Of a stretch of 64,000 nt of DNA, positions 43,044 through 56,241 are shown one piece after another (the stretch's first letter is position 1; the number at the start of each line of letters is the position of its first letter). The stretch is from NCBI RefSeq assembly GCF_058153355.1, contig NZ_CM177019.1. One strand, 5' to 3'. Below the pieces are notes generated by a model that was not told where the DNA came from, ran no database searches, and was given only the letters and a program-made list of their open reading frames with translations. Both the position numbers and the translations under genes were made by a program.

Positions 43044-43973
43044 ATGTCCAAAAAGATTGCCGTGATTGGCGAATGCATGATTGAGCTTTCCGAGAAAGGC
43101 GCGGACGTTAAGCGCGGTTTCGGCGGCGATACCCTGAACACTTCCGTCTATATCGCCCGTCAGGTCGATCCTGCGGCATTAACCGTTCATTACGTGACGG
43201 CGCTGGGAACGGACAGTTTTAGTCAGCAGATGCTGGACGCCTGGCACGGCGAGAACGTTGATACTTCCCTGACCCAACGGATGGAAAACCGTCTGCCGGG
43301 TCTTTACTACATTGAAACCGACAGCACCGGCGAACGTACGTTCTACTACTGGCGTAACGAAGCCGCCGCCAAATTTTGGCTGGAGAGTGAGCAATCCGCA
43401 GCGATTTGTGCAGAGCTGGCGAATTTTGATTATCTCTACCTGAGCGGGATTAGCCTGGCAATCTTAAGCCCGACCAGCCGCGAAAAGCTGCTTTCCCTGC
43501 TGCGCGAATGCCGCGCTAACGGTGGAAAAGTGATTTTCGACAATAACTACCGTCCGCGCTTGTGGGCCAGCAAAGAAGAGACACAGCAGATGTACCAGCA
43601 AATGCTGGAATGCACGGATATCGCCTTCCTGACGCTGGACGACGAAGACGCGCTGTGGGGTCAACAACCGGTGGAAGACGTCATTGCGCGCACCCATAAC
43701 GCGGGCGTGAAAGAAGTGGTGGTGAAACGCGGGGCGGATTCTTGCCTGGTGTCCATTGCTGGCGAGGGGTTAGTGGATGTTCCGGCGGTGAAACTGCCGA
43801 AAGAAAAAGTGATCGATACCACCGCAGCTGGCGACTCTTTCAGTGCCGGTTATCTGGCGGTACGTTTGACGGGCGGCAGTGCGGAAAATGCGGCGAAACG
43901 CGGGCACCTGACCGCAAGTACCGTTATTCAGTATCGCGGCGCGATTATCCCGCGTGAGGCGATGCCGGCGTAA
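43044..43973 (+). CDS. kdgK: 2-dehydro-3-deoxygluconokinase KdgK (309 aa)
   Basis: Long ORF 42696..43973 trimmed to MSKKIAVIGECMIELSEKG...; PfkB-family sugar kinase. Confidence 0.9.
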   Translation: MSKKIAVIGECMIELSEKGADVKRGFGGDTLNTSVYIARQVDPAALTVHYVTALGTDSFSQQMLDAWHGENVDTSLTQRMENRLPGLYYIETDSTGERTFYYWRNEAAAKFWLESEQSAAICAELANFDYLYLSGISLAILSPTSREKLLSLLRECRANGGKVIFDNNYRPRLWASKEETQQMYQQMLECTDIAFLTLDDEDALWGQQPVEDVIARTHNAGVKEVVVKRGADSCLVSIAGEGLVDVPAVKLPKEKVIDTTAAGDSFSAGYLAVRLTGGSAENAAKRGHLTASTVIQYRGAIIPREAMPA

Positions 43974-44034
43974 AAGCAGCATATGCAAAAGGCTGGATAA
44001 AGTGTTACCCCTCTATCCAGCTCATCCATAAATA

Positions 44035-44067
44035 CCTGATGGTTGTGCTAACTCATCACCATCAGGC
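44035..44067. terminator. Hairpin between convergent kdgK and yhjJ
   Basis: cctgatggt-tgtgctaactcatc-accatcagg. Confidence 0.4.
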
Positions 44068-44068
44068 A

Positions 44069-45565
44069 TTACTGTGCGGGTGGAATATCCGTCACTTCAG
44101 GATGTACGTCATCCGTGGCAACAGAGGTTGTGGCAGCAGTAGTAGATGGGGCCATGATTTGATCCCAGGCCGCCTGCAACGCTTTCATGTTAAATTCTGG
44201 CTCGCCTTTCGGCTGCAGAAGAATTAACGCCATATCGTTCGACAACTGCTGGCGCAGATCCTGATTTAACATCTCTACCGTCAGACTATTAAGGAAATCC
44301 TGCCGCAATTTCTGATATTGCTCCGGCGCGATATCGACGACCTGATTTTGCAACGAACGCATCCGCTGGCCCATCAAAATATCGGTATCAGCTCGCGCAT
44401 AGGCGGCAAACAGTTTCTGCAGCTCCAGTTTCTTTTGCGCCACTAACGCATTGAACTCTTCTTCCGGCAGACCTTTATCGCGAACCTTCGCCAGCTCACG
44501 CGCTACCAAATTAAGGTTGCTGTTCAGCTTGTCGTTTGGTGACTCGATGTTGATGGCACACTGCGCACGCAGATACAGCACACGGCAGTCAAATCCAAGA
44601 CCGATGTCTTTGCTGTTACTGGTGCTTAACGCTTGCTGAACGTGCCAGAACAGCGCCTCACGGGCCAGGTCCGCACGCCAGTAGCGCAGCAGTGCGGCTG
44701 ATTCACGAATTGGCTGCCACGGCGTATCCCACATGATAGATAACCGGTCCTGACGTACCGCATCGGTCATAATACTCACCGCTTCAGGACGCAGCGGAGA
44801 AAGCGTCGGCACCGGAGCCGGTGTTTCACGTTTGCCTTTCAGTTCGCCAAACGTTTTGTTGATTTGGTCGACAACCGAGCGCGCATCCACGTTTCCCACC
44901 ACCAGCAGCGTCATTGCATCCGGGGTGTACCATTTCTGATAGAAATCTTTAATCTTTTCCGCTTCAACGGGTTGTTTCAGCGGATCGGCAGGATCGTGAC
45001 CTAACAAGGTTGATCCTTTCAGACGATAGCGCCACCAGCCCTCTTTAGTATCGGCAGGCCAGGTTGCTACCATGTCCTGACTTTGCAGCGCGTGGTTGAT
45101 GGTTTCTGGCGTGATAGTCAGTTTGCCAGTGGCATTTGCCAGATAAGAGAGCGCTTCTTTCAGCAAGTCGTTACGGTTATTGGGCAAACTCAGATTAAAC
45201 AGCGTAGTGTCATAAGAGACAATTACCGGCGGCATCGGGCGTTTAGGGTCGATCCCCTGCTGCCACAATGAACGCGCCTGTGCTGCGTCAAGGCCACCGC
45301 TTTGCGTTAACGCAATACGAGGGATGGCGTGACTGTAACCGCTCTGTTGTGTACTTTCGGCGAGCGAACCGGTATTAACCAGCAGGCGAATTTCAACGCG
45401 ATCGCTGGGACGCTGGGGCGTGGTCAGCACTTGCCACTGTAAACCGTTGGAAAGCGTCCCCTGTTGCCATGCTGGATCAGGCTGGAGCGCATCTGCCTGC
45501 ACATAGCCAGCAGTGGCCATCATCAGCAAACCGCCCGCTAAAAGTCGAATTTTTGTGCCCTGCAT
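44069..45565 (-). CDS. yhjJ: M16-family zinc-peptidase-like protein YhjJ (498 aa)
   Basis: ORF 44069..45565; signal peptide; synteny. Confidence 0.85.
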   Translation of the reverse strand: MQGTKIRLLAGGLLMMATAGYVQADALQPDPAWQQGTLSNGLQWQVLTTPQRPSDRVEIRLLVNTGSLAESTQQSGYSHAIPRIALTQSGGLDAAQARSLWQQGIDPKRPMPPVIVSYDTTLFNLSLPNNRNDLLKEALSYLANATGKLTITPETINHALQSQDMVATWPADTKEGWWRYRLKGSTLLGHDPADPLKQPVEAEKIKDFYQKWYTPDAMTLLVVGNVDARSVVDQINKTFGELKGKRETPAPVPTLSPLRPEAVSIMTDAVRQDRLSIMWDTPWQPIRESAALLRYWRADLAREALFWHVQQALSTSNSKDIGLGFDCRVLYLRAQCAINIESPNDKLNSNLNLVARELAKVRDKGLPEEEFNALVAQKKLELQKLFAAYARADTDILMGQRMRSLQNQVVDIAPEQYQKLRQDFLNSLTVEMLNQDLRQQLSNDMALILLQPKGEPEFNMKALQAAWDQIMAPSTTAATTSVATDDVHPEVTDIPPAQ

Positions 45566-45784
45566 GTGAACCCCTGATCAACTATCCTGGTAATAAAAAA
45601 CTGCCCGTTGTCGGTCAGTCTAAATGACATTAAAAACACTTCGTGTTAGACCGCAAGAACATGAAAATGTCACGGAAGAAGTGAAATAAACCTGAACTCA
45701 CCCAGGTGGTAAGTTCAGGCACAGGGGTCAATTATGCGCAAACACCCGCACTCGGGGAAGGGAGTGCGGGCATAAGTGGTGAGA

Positions 45785-47107
<1,323 letters not shown>

Positions 47108-47253
47108 TTATGGGGTACCTGCGGCCTTAAAATAACACCCAGACAACATCACAGAAATGTACCTGGATCATAATTGAAACAAAAAGGTTAAAAAGTTTGA
47201 GCTGGCTCGCACAAACCAGCACTTTTTAAAGTTTTGTAATCAGTTTGGGGTAG

Positions 47254-49242
47254 CTACTTTTCTTCCAGGTAACTCTCTTCGAAGATTTCAATAGGGAGTG
47301 GGCGAGCAAAAAGGAAGCCCTGGGCAATACCAACGCCCGCTTTTGCCAGCCAGTCGCGTTGTGCTTCAGTCTCCACGCCTTCGGCAATCATTTGTAAGTT
47401 CAGGCTTTGCGCCAACATGATAATTGCAGCAATCATGCTGCTATCTTCCGGCAAGCCTTCAACAAACATTTTGTCGATTTTTAACACGTCGATTGGCAAC
47501 GATTTCATATGCTGCAGCTGACGCAGCCCTGCGTAGCCCATGCCGAAATCATCCAGCGCCACCCGAACGCCGGCATTACGCAACGGGCGGAGAATTGCCA
47601 CCGCTGCATGAGGGTCGTCAATACGTCGGCTTTCTGTCACTTCCAGAATCAGTGTTCCCGGCTGAATGCGATAGCGGGTTAACAGTTCCAGCATATCCGC
47701 TACCATATTCGGGTGCATTAGTTGCAGCGCTGAGAGGTTTACCGACAAGGGCAACATAATGCCGCGCTCTTGCCAGGCAGCCAGCAGTCGACAGGACTCT
47801 TCCAGCACCCAGTGACCGACGGTAACCATCAGCCCACAGCACTCAATGCGATCGATTAAGCCATCCGGCAGATCCCAACTGCCATCCGGTTGCTGGATAC
47901 GCAGTAACACTTCCGCACTGACCAGTTTACCGCTGGTCATCTCGACCTGTGGCTGTAACCAAATCGCAAACTGATGATTTTCCAGTGCATTAAGGATATC
48001 GCTCTCTTCCGTCAACCGCTGTTGGGCGGCTTCCATCTGCTGCGGATCAAAGAACTGAATCTGATTCTTACCTTTATGGCGAGCGGTAAATGCCGCAGAA
48101 ATAGCGCGACTGTAAAGCTGTTCGGCGGTGAGATCGCCGTAGAACATCGCCACGCCAATGCTACAGTGCGGACGAAGTTGAATACGTTCAATCGGCAGGC
48201 GCTCGCTCATGATAGTGAGCACTTGCTGACCTAAAGTAATAGCATGCCACGGCTCCTGTACACCGTTGGCAATGACAGCAAAGTCATAACCACTAATCTG
48301 CGCGAGGATCATACGTGGCGACAGTACCGATTTGAGTTTTTCCACCAGCGTCAGCAGCAGAATTTCTCGTTGCGCCTCTTTCAGCACGCCCGCAGTATCA
48401 CGCAGGGTTTCACAGGTGATAATCATCAGCGCGGTGGTTTGTTTACGCGCGACAACCTGCTCCAGCATCTCCATCAGCAAGGCTTTGTTCGGCAAATCCG
48501 ACACCGGGAAGCGCATCGCATTTTCGTTCTGTTCTTCATAATGGCGCTGCAGCAATTGCTGGTTGAGGTTGTAACTGCGCACCAGCATACCGATTTCATC
48601 GTCCTGATGCAGACGTGGTAATGCCAGTTGGTGACCAACAAGCTCCTGGGCTGGGATGGCGTTAAGTTCACGAGCAATATTGCGTAACGGATGCAAAATC
48701 AGGCGGTTAATGCACCAGCTAATCGCCACCGTCAATATTAACGACAAAAGTAAGTAAATGGTCACTAACGTTGAGAGGGTGCTCATCACGAACTTATACA
48801 TGCGGAAGGAATCCGCCTGTAGCACCAGATAGGCAATTGGCTGCGGGTTTGCCGGACGTTCCAGCGAGTAAACGCCCAGCGAGATTTGCACCGGTAGCTC
48901 AAACATGCGAGTAACCATTACCGGCACCGGACGCTCTGGAATAAAACTTTTACGCAGCGCCTGGAACTGGTTAGGCAGCACCACATCGGCACGGCTGACC
49001 ACGCCTGCCGGTTTAATGCTGGCAAGAATAGCTTCCGCTTCGGGAATATCGCCTTTCAAAATGGCAGAAGATAAGGGTTCGCGGACAGAGCGAGCAATGC
49101 TTTCCAGTTGCGTAGCCGTGTTATAGCGATTCTGCTGGACCAGATGGAACAGCAAAACGGTGCAAAAAATAAAAACGAACACCAGGACAACGGCTGCCAC
49201 CATTGCCATCTGCTTGATTGTTAACGAGCGACTTACGCGCAA
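47254..49242 (-). CDS. pdeK: HAMP-GGDEF(degenerate)-EAL c-di-GMP phosphodiesterase PdeK (YhjK), 662 aa
   Basis: ORF 47254..49242; N-terminal TM/HAMP region, C-terminal EAL domain; synteny. Confidence 0.9.
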   Translation of the reverse strand: MRVSRSLTIKQMAMVAAVVLVFVFIFCTVLLFHLVQQNRYNTATQLESIARSVREPLSSAILKGDIPEAEAILASIKPAGVVSRADVVLPNQFQALRKSFIPERPVPVMVTRMFELPVQISLGVYSLERPANPQPIAYLVLQADSFRMYKFVMSTLSTLVTIYLLLSLILTVAISWCINRLILHPLRNIARELNAIPAQELVGHQLALPRLHQDDEIGMLVRSYNLNQQLLQRHYEEQNENAMRFPVSDLPNKALLMEMLEQVVARKQTTALMIITCETLRDTAGVLKEAQREILLLTLVEKLKSVLSPRMILAQISGYDFAVIANGVQEPWHAITLGQQVLTIMSERLPIERIQLRPHCSIGVAMFYGDLTAEQLYSRAISAAFTARHKGKNQIQFFDPQQMEAAQQRLTEESDILNALENHQFAIWLQPQVEMTSGKLVSAEVLLRIQQPDGSWDLPDGLIDRIECCGLMVTVGHWVLEESCRLLAAWQERGIMLPLSVNLSALQLMHPNMVADMLELLTRYRIQPGTLILEVTESRRIDDPHAAVAILRPLRNAGVRVALDDFGMGYAGLRQLQHMKSLPIDVLKIDKMFVEGLPEDSSMIAAIIMLAQSLNLQMIAEGVETEAQRDWLAKAGVGIAQGFLFARPLPIEIFEESYLEEK

Positions 49243-49323
49243 ATTGTCTCCCCCCGGAAATCCCAGATTGCCGCCCGAGTATACCCGATCGCAGCGGCAT
49301 TAAGAGAGGCGCTATCTGAAAAC

Positions 49324-52300
49324 TTACCAGTCGGCGTAAGGTATCAGCGGCTGCGGCGGTAAATCCATGTCACCCTGCCATCCGGCGGCGGAATAACGTA
49401 CGTAGAGCAGGAAATGGCTGGGCGCGTAATCTTTCGCCTGCTGGATATCAATTGCTGTACCGACAAACCAGTTGGATGTGACGCGACGCTCAAGTAATGC
49501 CCGCGCCGTATAGCCAAAGCCCTGACTGCTGCCGCCATCGTTGGATTGCCGCGCAGCTTCTTCCTGCCAGTCAGTCGGGATCAGATTCATCAGCGGATAC
49601 CGCGGCATGGTTTTGGTGCGCGAATGCGACCACGAACCAGACGCCCCCAGCTCCCACGACCAGTTTTCTGTCCGCTCACGCCACATCACCGGAATGGCAA
49701 ACGACAGGTATTCCTGCGGGCTGTAGTAACCGCCCTGACCGAGTGAGTACCCACTCAGATCTTTGTCGTAATGCCAGATCATGTTGTTCAGGCCGATTGT
49801 CACGCGGCGATTGTTCTGGTTGATGACCTTATAGTAATAGCCCGTCATCCAGCGCACGCGCCAGTTATCTTCAACATTTTTACCGGTTAACTGGTCGCCG
49901 CTAAGCGATGCCCAGACGCCGTTTGCTTCACCTTTATCGTAGCTCAGGCTTAGCCCCACGCCGTCGGCACGCACGCCGCCCCATTTTTTCCCGGTATTGC
50001 CTGGGGAGTCTTTTTGCCCGCCAAAGGCCAGCAAAGAACTGGAGATGGGCCGACGATGGGCGTTAACTGTGTAACCCAGCGGCCCGATATCATCGCTGTA
50101 ACTGATGCCGCCGACCACATCCACCACGTTGAAGCCCATCGGCGTGGTGCCGATATCCCAGCTCCAGACGTCATTTCGCCAGCCGACCGCCACGCTGGCA
50201 CCGGAATCCGACTGGCTGCGGTTGCCGCTACAGTCCTGTAATGTACAGGTGCCCCAGTTGTCATCCCATTTGCCATCGGCATTAGTGGAGAAACTGCCGA
50301 CGTTCATATTGACGAAATCACTGCGAAAGAACATCCGCCCGTCAGAATACGGCGCATCCACCTGCAACATGGTAGTGTGCGCTTTCAGATCGGAGTAACC
50401 ACCGGTGCCGCTCGACCCCCAGTAATCGTGCTCGAGGGTGACGTTAAGATCCTGCTGGCGGTAGAGATCTGCCGCATCGCTGCGCACGCCGCGTTTCAGC
50501 CAGTCATCTTTCTCGTCGTTACGAGTCAGCCGGGTAAAGGTGTCGTTATCCTGCGGACGCGTCGTGGTCACACCGGATGCAACCATCGCGTCTTTGTAGG
50601 TTTCCAGCGCCTGCGTTGGATCGCCCGCCTGTGCTTCAAACTTCGCACCGTCGCGCAGTACCATCGCGCTTTCCATCGACGGTGGCTGAGATTTTGCCTG
50701 CGGGATCAGCTTGTTAAACGTCTGCTGCGCCGCTGCGGTATCGCCAAGCTGCGCCTGCGCCAGCGCCACGCGCCGCTGTGTGTTCAGGGAGGCGTTATCG
50801 GAGGCAGGCAGTTTCGCCAGTTGGCTACGTGCCGCCGCTTTGTCACCGGCAGCGATATCCACTTCCGTCAGGCCAAGAATGGCATCAGCGTTAGTTGGCT
50901 CCCGCGTCAGGACATTCTGATATGCAGCACGGGCAGCAGCGTAATCACGTCGTTGTTGCGCCCAGTCAGCCAGCGTCAGATCAATACGCGAGGAAGGCGG
51001 TTGCTGGCGCAGCATCGCTGCTGCTTCTGCCTCTTTACCGTTTTCTCGCAGGCGATTAGCGGTTTCCAGCACCTGGTCGCTTTGCAGCCGATTAACCAGC
51101 TCCTGAATATTGCTGTTCCACTGGGCACGCGGCAGGCTGTTGATATGCGCCAGTGCCGCTCTGTCCTGGTCGTGACCTGAAAGGTACAGCCCGTAAGCGT
51201 AAACCTGCTCCGGGTCGTTCGGCTTCTGCTGCACGAGATTGCGCATTAACGTATCGGCCTGGCTGCGTTGTCCGGCCTGCCAGAGATCCTGCGAAAGTCG
51301 GTAAGTAATCCATACACTGCCGGGGTCCAGTGCCAGTCGTTGCCGCTGAAGTGCTGCTGCCTGCGCCCATTTGCCCTGGTTTTCCAGTGCCTCTGCCTGC
51401 TGTGCCAGACGATCGTTTTGCAGGCTACGTTCGATATCATCAATGCTGCGCCGCTGGCTGGCAGAGAGCGAGGCGATAAACGCTTCGGCTTTTTCTGGCG
51501 ATTGCTGGCGGTAAATATTCGCTAGCCCGCGCACGGCGTTGGTATTGCCGCTGTCCATGCGCAGCGTCTGCTGGTAATAGCGTTCGGCGGCGGAATAATC
51601 TTTTCGCGCCATCGCCACATCGCCCAGCCCCAACACCGCATAGCTGTCGGTGTTATCGACACTGCGCGCCTGCTGGAACAGGCGTTCTGCCCGGTCAGGA
51701 TTATTGGCTTTCAGCGCGGCATCACCCTGCTGGATCGCCAGCCAGTAGCGGTTTACTTTCAGCAGACTGTTCCATTTGTCGTTGTTGCTGCTGTGCGGGT
51801 CCAGTGCGAGGGCTTTTTCCAGATTCGCCACCGCATTGGCGCGATCGCCTTTCTGAGAATACGCCTGGCCCAGCGCCCCCAGTGCCTCACTGTCTTTCGG
51901 GTTCGCCCGCACTGCCTGTTGTAGTTCGGGAATGGCTTTACCCGCCATGCCAGAGTCCACTGCCGCTAAACCTTGCGCACGAGCGCGGAAAGCAGGGTCG
52001 GCCAGCTGTTTTTGCTGTTCTGCCAGTTGCGATTGCGCAGCAGCTACGCTGTCGCCATCGCTAAAGATAGAGAGATATTTTTTCAGCGCCTGCACGCTGG
52101 CATCGCTGACAGGCATGTCTTTAATCTGCCCGTACCAGATTTTAGAGGCTCCCTCGCGCCCGGCGTTCGATTTCGCCATCTGCTCCAGTACAGCAAAACC
52201 TTCATCACGCCGATCGCTACTAAACAGCAATAGCGCCAGATTGTTTTGCAGGCCCGTATTGCCCGGCGTATCCGCATTGATGCGTTTTAGCTGATTAATC

Positions 52301-52797
52301 GCTTCGCCACGGCGAGCCGGAATTTTCGCCACCGTACTCCAGTACTCGACGGCAATGTCACCTTCCGGCGGCGCACCGTTGAACAGCTTGTTGTAACTCG
52401 CCACAGCTTCTTCTGCATGACCGGTAGTCGCCTGCAATCTTGCCTGTTGCAGTGCCTGACGACCATCCGGAGTAGAAAGTAACATTGTGGTCCGCGACGA
52501 TTTATACGCATTTGAACTCGGCGCTAACTGCGACAGCCGATCGAGCTGTTTTTGCGCGCCATCAATATCGCCCTGACGTAACAGAGAACGGAAACGGGCG
52601 GCAACGACGTCCGGGTTATTCGGATCAATAAGTTCCAGCCGATACAACGACTGTTGCACCAGGTCTTCACGATGGGTCGCTTCGCCTAACCGAACTTGCT
52701 CCAGCAACTGTTGCTGAGCGGTTGGTGCTGCCTCGACCATCGGCATGACGGCCAGACCGAGGGAAAGCGTGAATATGTTTAGTGTGAATTTGCGCAT
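49324..52797 (-). CDS. bcsC: Cellulose synthase outer-membrane subunit BcsC (TPR plus beta-barrel), 1157 aa
   Basis: ORF 49324..52797; TPR-rich N-terminal region. Confidence 0.95.
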   Translation of the reverse strand: MRKFTLNIFTLSLGLAVMPMVEAAPTAQQQLLEQVRLGEATHREDLVQQSLYRLELIDPNNPDVVAARFRSLLRQGDIDGAQKQLDRLSQLAPSSNAYKSSRTTMLLSTPDGRQALQQARLQATTGHAEEAVASYNKLFNGAPPEGDIAVEYWSTVAKIPARRGEAINQLKRINADTPGNTGLQNNLALLLFSSDRRDEGFAVLEQMAKSNAGREGASKIWYGQIKDMPVSDASVQALKKYLSIFSDGDSVAAAQSQLAEQQKQLADPAFRARAQGLAAVDSGMAGKAIPELQQAVRANPKDSEALGALGQAYSQKGDRANAVANLEKALALDPHSSNNDKWNSLLKVNRYWLAIQQGDAALKANNPDRAERLFQQARSVDNTDSYAVLGLGDVAMARKDYSAAERYYQQTLRMDSGNTNAVRGLANIYRQQSPEKAEAFIASLSASQRRSIDDIERSLQNDRLAQQAEALENQGKWAQAAALQRQRLALDPGSVWITYRLSQDLWQAGQRSQADTLMRNLVQQKPNDPEQVYAYGLYLSGHDQDRAALAHINSLPRAQWNSNIQELVNRLQSDQVLETANRLRENGKEAEAAAMLRQQPPSSRIDLTLADWAQQRRDYAAARAAYQNVLTREPTNADAILGLTEVDIAAGDKAAARSQLAKLPASDNASLNTQRRVALAQAQLGDTAAAQQTFNKLIPQAKSQPPSMESAMVLRDGAKFEAQAGDPTQALETYKDAMVASGVTTTRPQDNDTFTRLTRNDEKDDWLKRGVRSDAADLYRQQDLNVTLEHDYWGSSGTGGYSDLKAHTTMLQVDAPYSDGRMFFRSDFVNMNVGSFSTNADGKWDDNWGTCTLQDCSGNRSQSDSGASVAVGWRNDVWSWDIGTTPMGFNVVDVVGGISYSDDIGPLGYTVNAHRRPISSSLLAFGGQKDSPGNTGKKWGGVRADGVGLSLSYDKGEANGVWASLSGDQLTGKNVEDNWRVRWMTGYYYKVINQNNRRVTIGLNNMIWHYDKDLSGYSLGQGGYYSPQEYLSFAIPVMWRERTENWSWELGASGSWSHSRTKTMPRYPLMNLIPTDWQEEAARQSNDGGSSQGFGYTARALLERRVTSNWFVGTAIDIQQAKDYAPSHFLLYVRYSAAGWQGDMDLPPQPLIPYADW

Positions 52798-53885
52798 TCC
52801 TGGCCCCAGTCAGGTAATAACTCACCTTTTGTCGAGAAGCGGAAACGGTGTTGATCCCAGCCTTGTCCAAACAGGGTCAGCACATAGTTGTAATAGGCAT
52901 CGCTGCCGGGAAAGTTATCGGCCACGCGCTGGCGCTGAACGGCCTGTGCATCGCGGTTTTGTAAAAAGGGCAGCATGGCGGCAGAAAAACCGACCGGTCC
53001 TTTACCCTGCGCTTTCCCCGTAGCCACATCGACTTTTTCCGGCGGATAGCCGTTTTTCTCGGTGAATGTCGCCATCGGTTTAAACCGGTTGAGCATCCGC
53101 GCTTTTTGCGGATCGCTGTCAGGCATCATGCCTACCCACATGTAAACACGGATAGCGTCGTAGCTGCTGATCAATGTTTTTTCGGCTTTTAGCTGCCAGC
53201 CTTTGTCTTTCTCATAGCGCACCCAGTCTGGTGAAAAGCCTTTCGGGGCGGTTTCCAGCAATAAACGTTGATTGGTTTCGCGCAGCGTAGTCCACGGCGC
53301 GCCAAAGCGGGTGAAATACTGCGCCAGCGTCGGCGGCAGGTAGCTGGGGTTAAAACGCCAGCTGTTATCCTCAGCAAATCCCACTTTGCCCGGCAACAAC
53401 ATGGAACCCAGCCCAGGCACCGTCACTACTTCCTCCCGCGCAATACGTTTTAACAACGCGCTGCCGATATCCGTATAACGCTGCTCTTTCCACAACCGCC
53501 CCGCCTCCAGCAATGACCAGGCCATCCAGACATCACCATCAGAGGCCGAATTGCTGTCCAGCACTTCCCACTTACTGTTCTCTTTCTTGCCCCACAGCCA
53601 GGCGGGCAAATGTTCTTTTAAAGAACCCTGAGCGAGATTGTTCTGCGTCCAGTCGAGAATATTATCGAAAGCTGCACGGTCGTTAGCCGCCAGGGCAAAG
53701 AACATGCCGTAACTTTGCCCTTCGGAGGTGGTGATTTTGCGCGCGTCGCTGGGGTCGATGACGCGCCCTTCCTGACTGATGTAATCCTTTTTGAACTGCT
53801 CCCAAGCAGGCCAGTTGCAGGCAGCCTGAACACTAAAGGCAGCCAGCAGCAGCATCGTCACGAGTCCACTACGCAACACATTCAT
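52779..53885 (-). CDS. bcsZ: Periplasmic endoglucanase BcsZ (GH8), 368 aa
   Basis: ORF 52779..53891 trimmed to [22 protein letters not shown]...; 19-bp overlap with the bcsC start. Confidence 0.9.
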   Translation of the reverse strand: MNVLRSGLVTMLLLAAFSVQAACNWPAWEQFKKDYISQEGRVIDPSDARKITTSEGQSYGMFFALAANDRAAFDNILDWTQNNLAQGSLKEHLPAWLWGKKENSKWEVLDSNSASDGDVWMAWSLLEAGRLWKEQRYTDIGSALLKRIAREEVVTVPGLGSMLLPGKVGFAEDNSWRFNPSYLPPTLAQYFTRFGAPWTTLRETNQRLLLETAPKGFSPDWVRYEKDKGWQLKAEKTLISSYDAIRVYMWVGMMPDSDPQKARMLNRFKPMATFTEKNGYPPEKVDVATGKAQGKGPVGFSAAMLPFLQNRDAQAVQRQRVADNFPGSDAYYNYVLTLFGQGWDQHRFRFSTKGELLPDWGQECANSH

Positions 53886-53891
53886 CTTCAA

Positions 53892-56231
53892 TTACTCGTT
53901 ATCCGGGTTAAGACGACGACGGCTGATAATACGCAGCAAACGCCACAGTACCCAGGCCAGCAGCACGACGCTGATTGCCGCCAGCACCGCCAGCAGAATC
54001 GGATGGTTTGCCAGCGCATACCATAAGCGTTCGAACCACGGCAGATGGCCAACGTAATAGACGTCGCCAACACGCAGGCTATTGATACCGGACTCGCGGA
54101 TCACCGCGACCGAGCCGAACATGGTGGCGCGTTTGCCGCTATCGTTCACCGCATCGTTAAGCATTTCATAACCGCGTGGGCTATCTGCCAGCAGCGCAAT
54201 CACGCTACGCTGGTCGTTATACGGCGACTGGAAGCCAATCACCGCTGCCATCGCACCGGAAGAGGTCAGCGTTGATTGAGTTTCTGCCGCGCGATCGCTC
54301 TCGTCCGGCACAATGCCGGGGAACGGGGTCTGGCGCATCGGCGTTTTCACCCAGCTTTCGGTCGCCTGCACCAACAGGTCGATCTGCTTGTCGTCTTTCA
54401 GTTTGTCCGGGATACCACCGATGATCATGATGTCGGCATCTTTGCCCTGAATGGTGCTGCCATCATCGGTCACCGTCAGGTTAATCGCCGGGAAGCCCGT
54501 CTGTGCGCCGATAAAGCCAACGGTATTCAGCAAGGTTTCCATCTGTGCTTCGTTAGGCGCTTTCGGCATCACGGTGATGGTTTGTGACAGATCCGCCATC
54601 CGGCTGAACGGGAAGCCCGCGTTAGCAAATGCGCGTAGATCCGGCATCGGGATGAAGTGGTAATACTTCGAGAAGTCGATGATGGAGTCGTCACCAATCA
54701 CCACATGATTCTGCACCGGCTGGAAGGTAATACAGTTATCCACCGAACCGCCCGGCATCGGGTTCATATACTCAAAGTCAAACCGCAACTGGTTGGTCGC
54801 GCCCAGTTTCAGCGCCGGAATAGAGACATCCGTTTTGCCATCCAGCAAACCTTGTAATACAGGAATACGCAGCAGCAGGCGGTTCGCCTCCTGTTTACTG
54901 CTCAGGTTGAAGGATTGCAGGAACTGGTTATTCAGGCTGATATCCATCCGCGAACTGTCTTTCACCGGCGGCATGGTGTAGCGATAGTTGATATCCATAT
55001 CAATGCCGGTACTGCGCATCAGGTAGAGATCCGGCGGCAGGTTTAGCGAAACGTTAATCGCTGCTGGCTCAAGACCGCTGGATTGTAACTGTTCTTCATA
55101 GGTTTTCAGTTCACCAAAGGTGACCGGACGATCGGTACGCACCCAGTTCGGCGCATCGTACGGCTTACGCGGTAGCAGCGGTTTCACTTCATTCACTACC
55201 ACGCTTTCACCACGGAACAGAATGTTACCCTGAGCGATACCTTTCGCTGCCTGCAACAGGTCTTTGTCGTCACGACCAAAGACCACCAGCAGTTTGACGT
55301 AAGGATTCTGTGGATGGTTGATCATCTCAATCACCGGGGCTTTTACCGCCGGATGATCGCGCAGGAAGTCCGGGCGTTTGTCATTAGTGGCAAAAACGAT
55401 GGCATTGCGATCCGGCAGTTGGTTATAGAGCACCGGGAAGTTCTGCCCACGCCAGCCAGAACGCGAACCAAACCACGAGGCGACAATGGCAGATGCTTGT
55501 TGCAGCCCAACATCCGGCGCACCCGCAAAGACCATCGGCAAGGTGTTGGTGCGGTTATCACGCGGGTCAAAGAATGGTACCGGGAAGTGTGACAGATCAT
55601 TCTTCACATTCAGGGTCTGATAGGTCAGATCCAGTCCACTGCTCCGCCCAACATCCAGCCAAAGCGTGGTGCTGGCCGGGTTTTCGCACACGTCCTGATA
55701 ATGACCGACAAACTCCAGCCGCACACGGTTGAAGTCGGTAATAAACAGTGGGTTAATTGGCATTTGTGCCAGCGTTTTTTTACCCAACTGTTCTTTGGTC
55801 ACTGGCAGCACGCCCATCAGTTCATCATTGAGATAAACCTTTAACTGCGACTGGACAGGCAGTAACGATGGCGATGGCGTGTATTCGAGGTTGAGCATCG
55901 CCTTCGTCACCACTTCATCGCTGCGCATACCAAACTCAATGCTGCCGTTCGGGTTAATGCCACGTAGCACCATGCTGCCCGGCGGTGGCGCAATTTGCGC
56001 AAAGGTCAGCTTCACATCACGCGAAGGACCGTTCTGCGCCACGATGGGGGCATCAGCGCCCTGCACGCCCGGCATCACTTGCCCCACCTGCGGATTTTGT
56101 TCCGTCTGGGCGGCTACAGCTGGCTCAGCATTGATCAGTGGTTGCGTTGCTGGCGTCGCCTGCGTCATGAAAGAGGGGAACGCACTCATCCCCATAGCCA
56201 CTGCACAAATCCAGAATAGTTTTCTTTTCAT
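53892..56231 (-). CDS. bcsB: Cellulose synthase periplasmic subunit BcsB (779 aa)
   Basis: ORF 53892..56318 trimmed to MKRKLFWICAVAMGMSAFPSFMTQA... Confidence 0.9.
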   Translation of the reverse strand: MKRKLFWICAVAMGMSAFPSFMTQATPATQPLINAEPAVAAQTEQNPQVGQVMPGVQGADAPIVAQNGPSRDVKLTFAQIAPPPGSMVLRGINPNGSIEFGMRSDEVVTKAMLNLEYTPSPSLLPVQSQLKVYLNDELMGVLPVTKEQLGKKTLAQMPINPLFITDFNRVRLEFVGHYQDVCENPASTTLWLDVGRSSGLDLTYQTLNVKNDLSHFPVPFFDPRDNRTNTLPMVFAGAPDVGLQQASAIVASWFGSRSGWRGQNFPVLYNQLPDRNAIVFATNDKRPDFLRDHPAVKAPVIEMINHPQNPYVKLLVVFGRDDKDLLQAAKGIAQGNILFRGESVVVNEVKPLLPRKPYDAPNWVRTDRPVTFGELKTYEEQLQSSGLEPAAINVSLNLPPDLYLMRSTGIDMDINYRYTMPPVKDSSRMDISLNNQFLQSFNLSSKQEANRLLLRIPVLQGLLDGKTDVSIPALKLGATNQLRFDFEYMNPMPGGSVDNCITFQPVQNHVVIGDDSIIDFSKYYHFIPMPDLRAFANAGFPFSRMADLSQTITVMPKAPNEAQMETLLNTVGFIGAQTGFPAINLTVTDDGSTIQGKDADIMIIGGIPDKLKDDKQIDLLVQATESWVKTPMRQTPFPGIVPDESDRAAETQSTLTSSGAMAAVIGFQSPYNDQRSVIALLADSPRGYEMLNDAVNDSGKRATMFGSVAVIRESGINSLRVGDVYYVGHLPWFERLWYALANHPILLAVLAAISVVLLAWVLWRLLRIISRRRLNPDNE

Positions 56232-56241
56232 CGCGTTATCA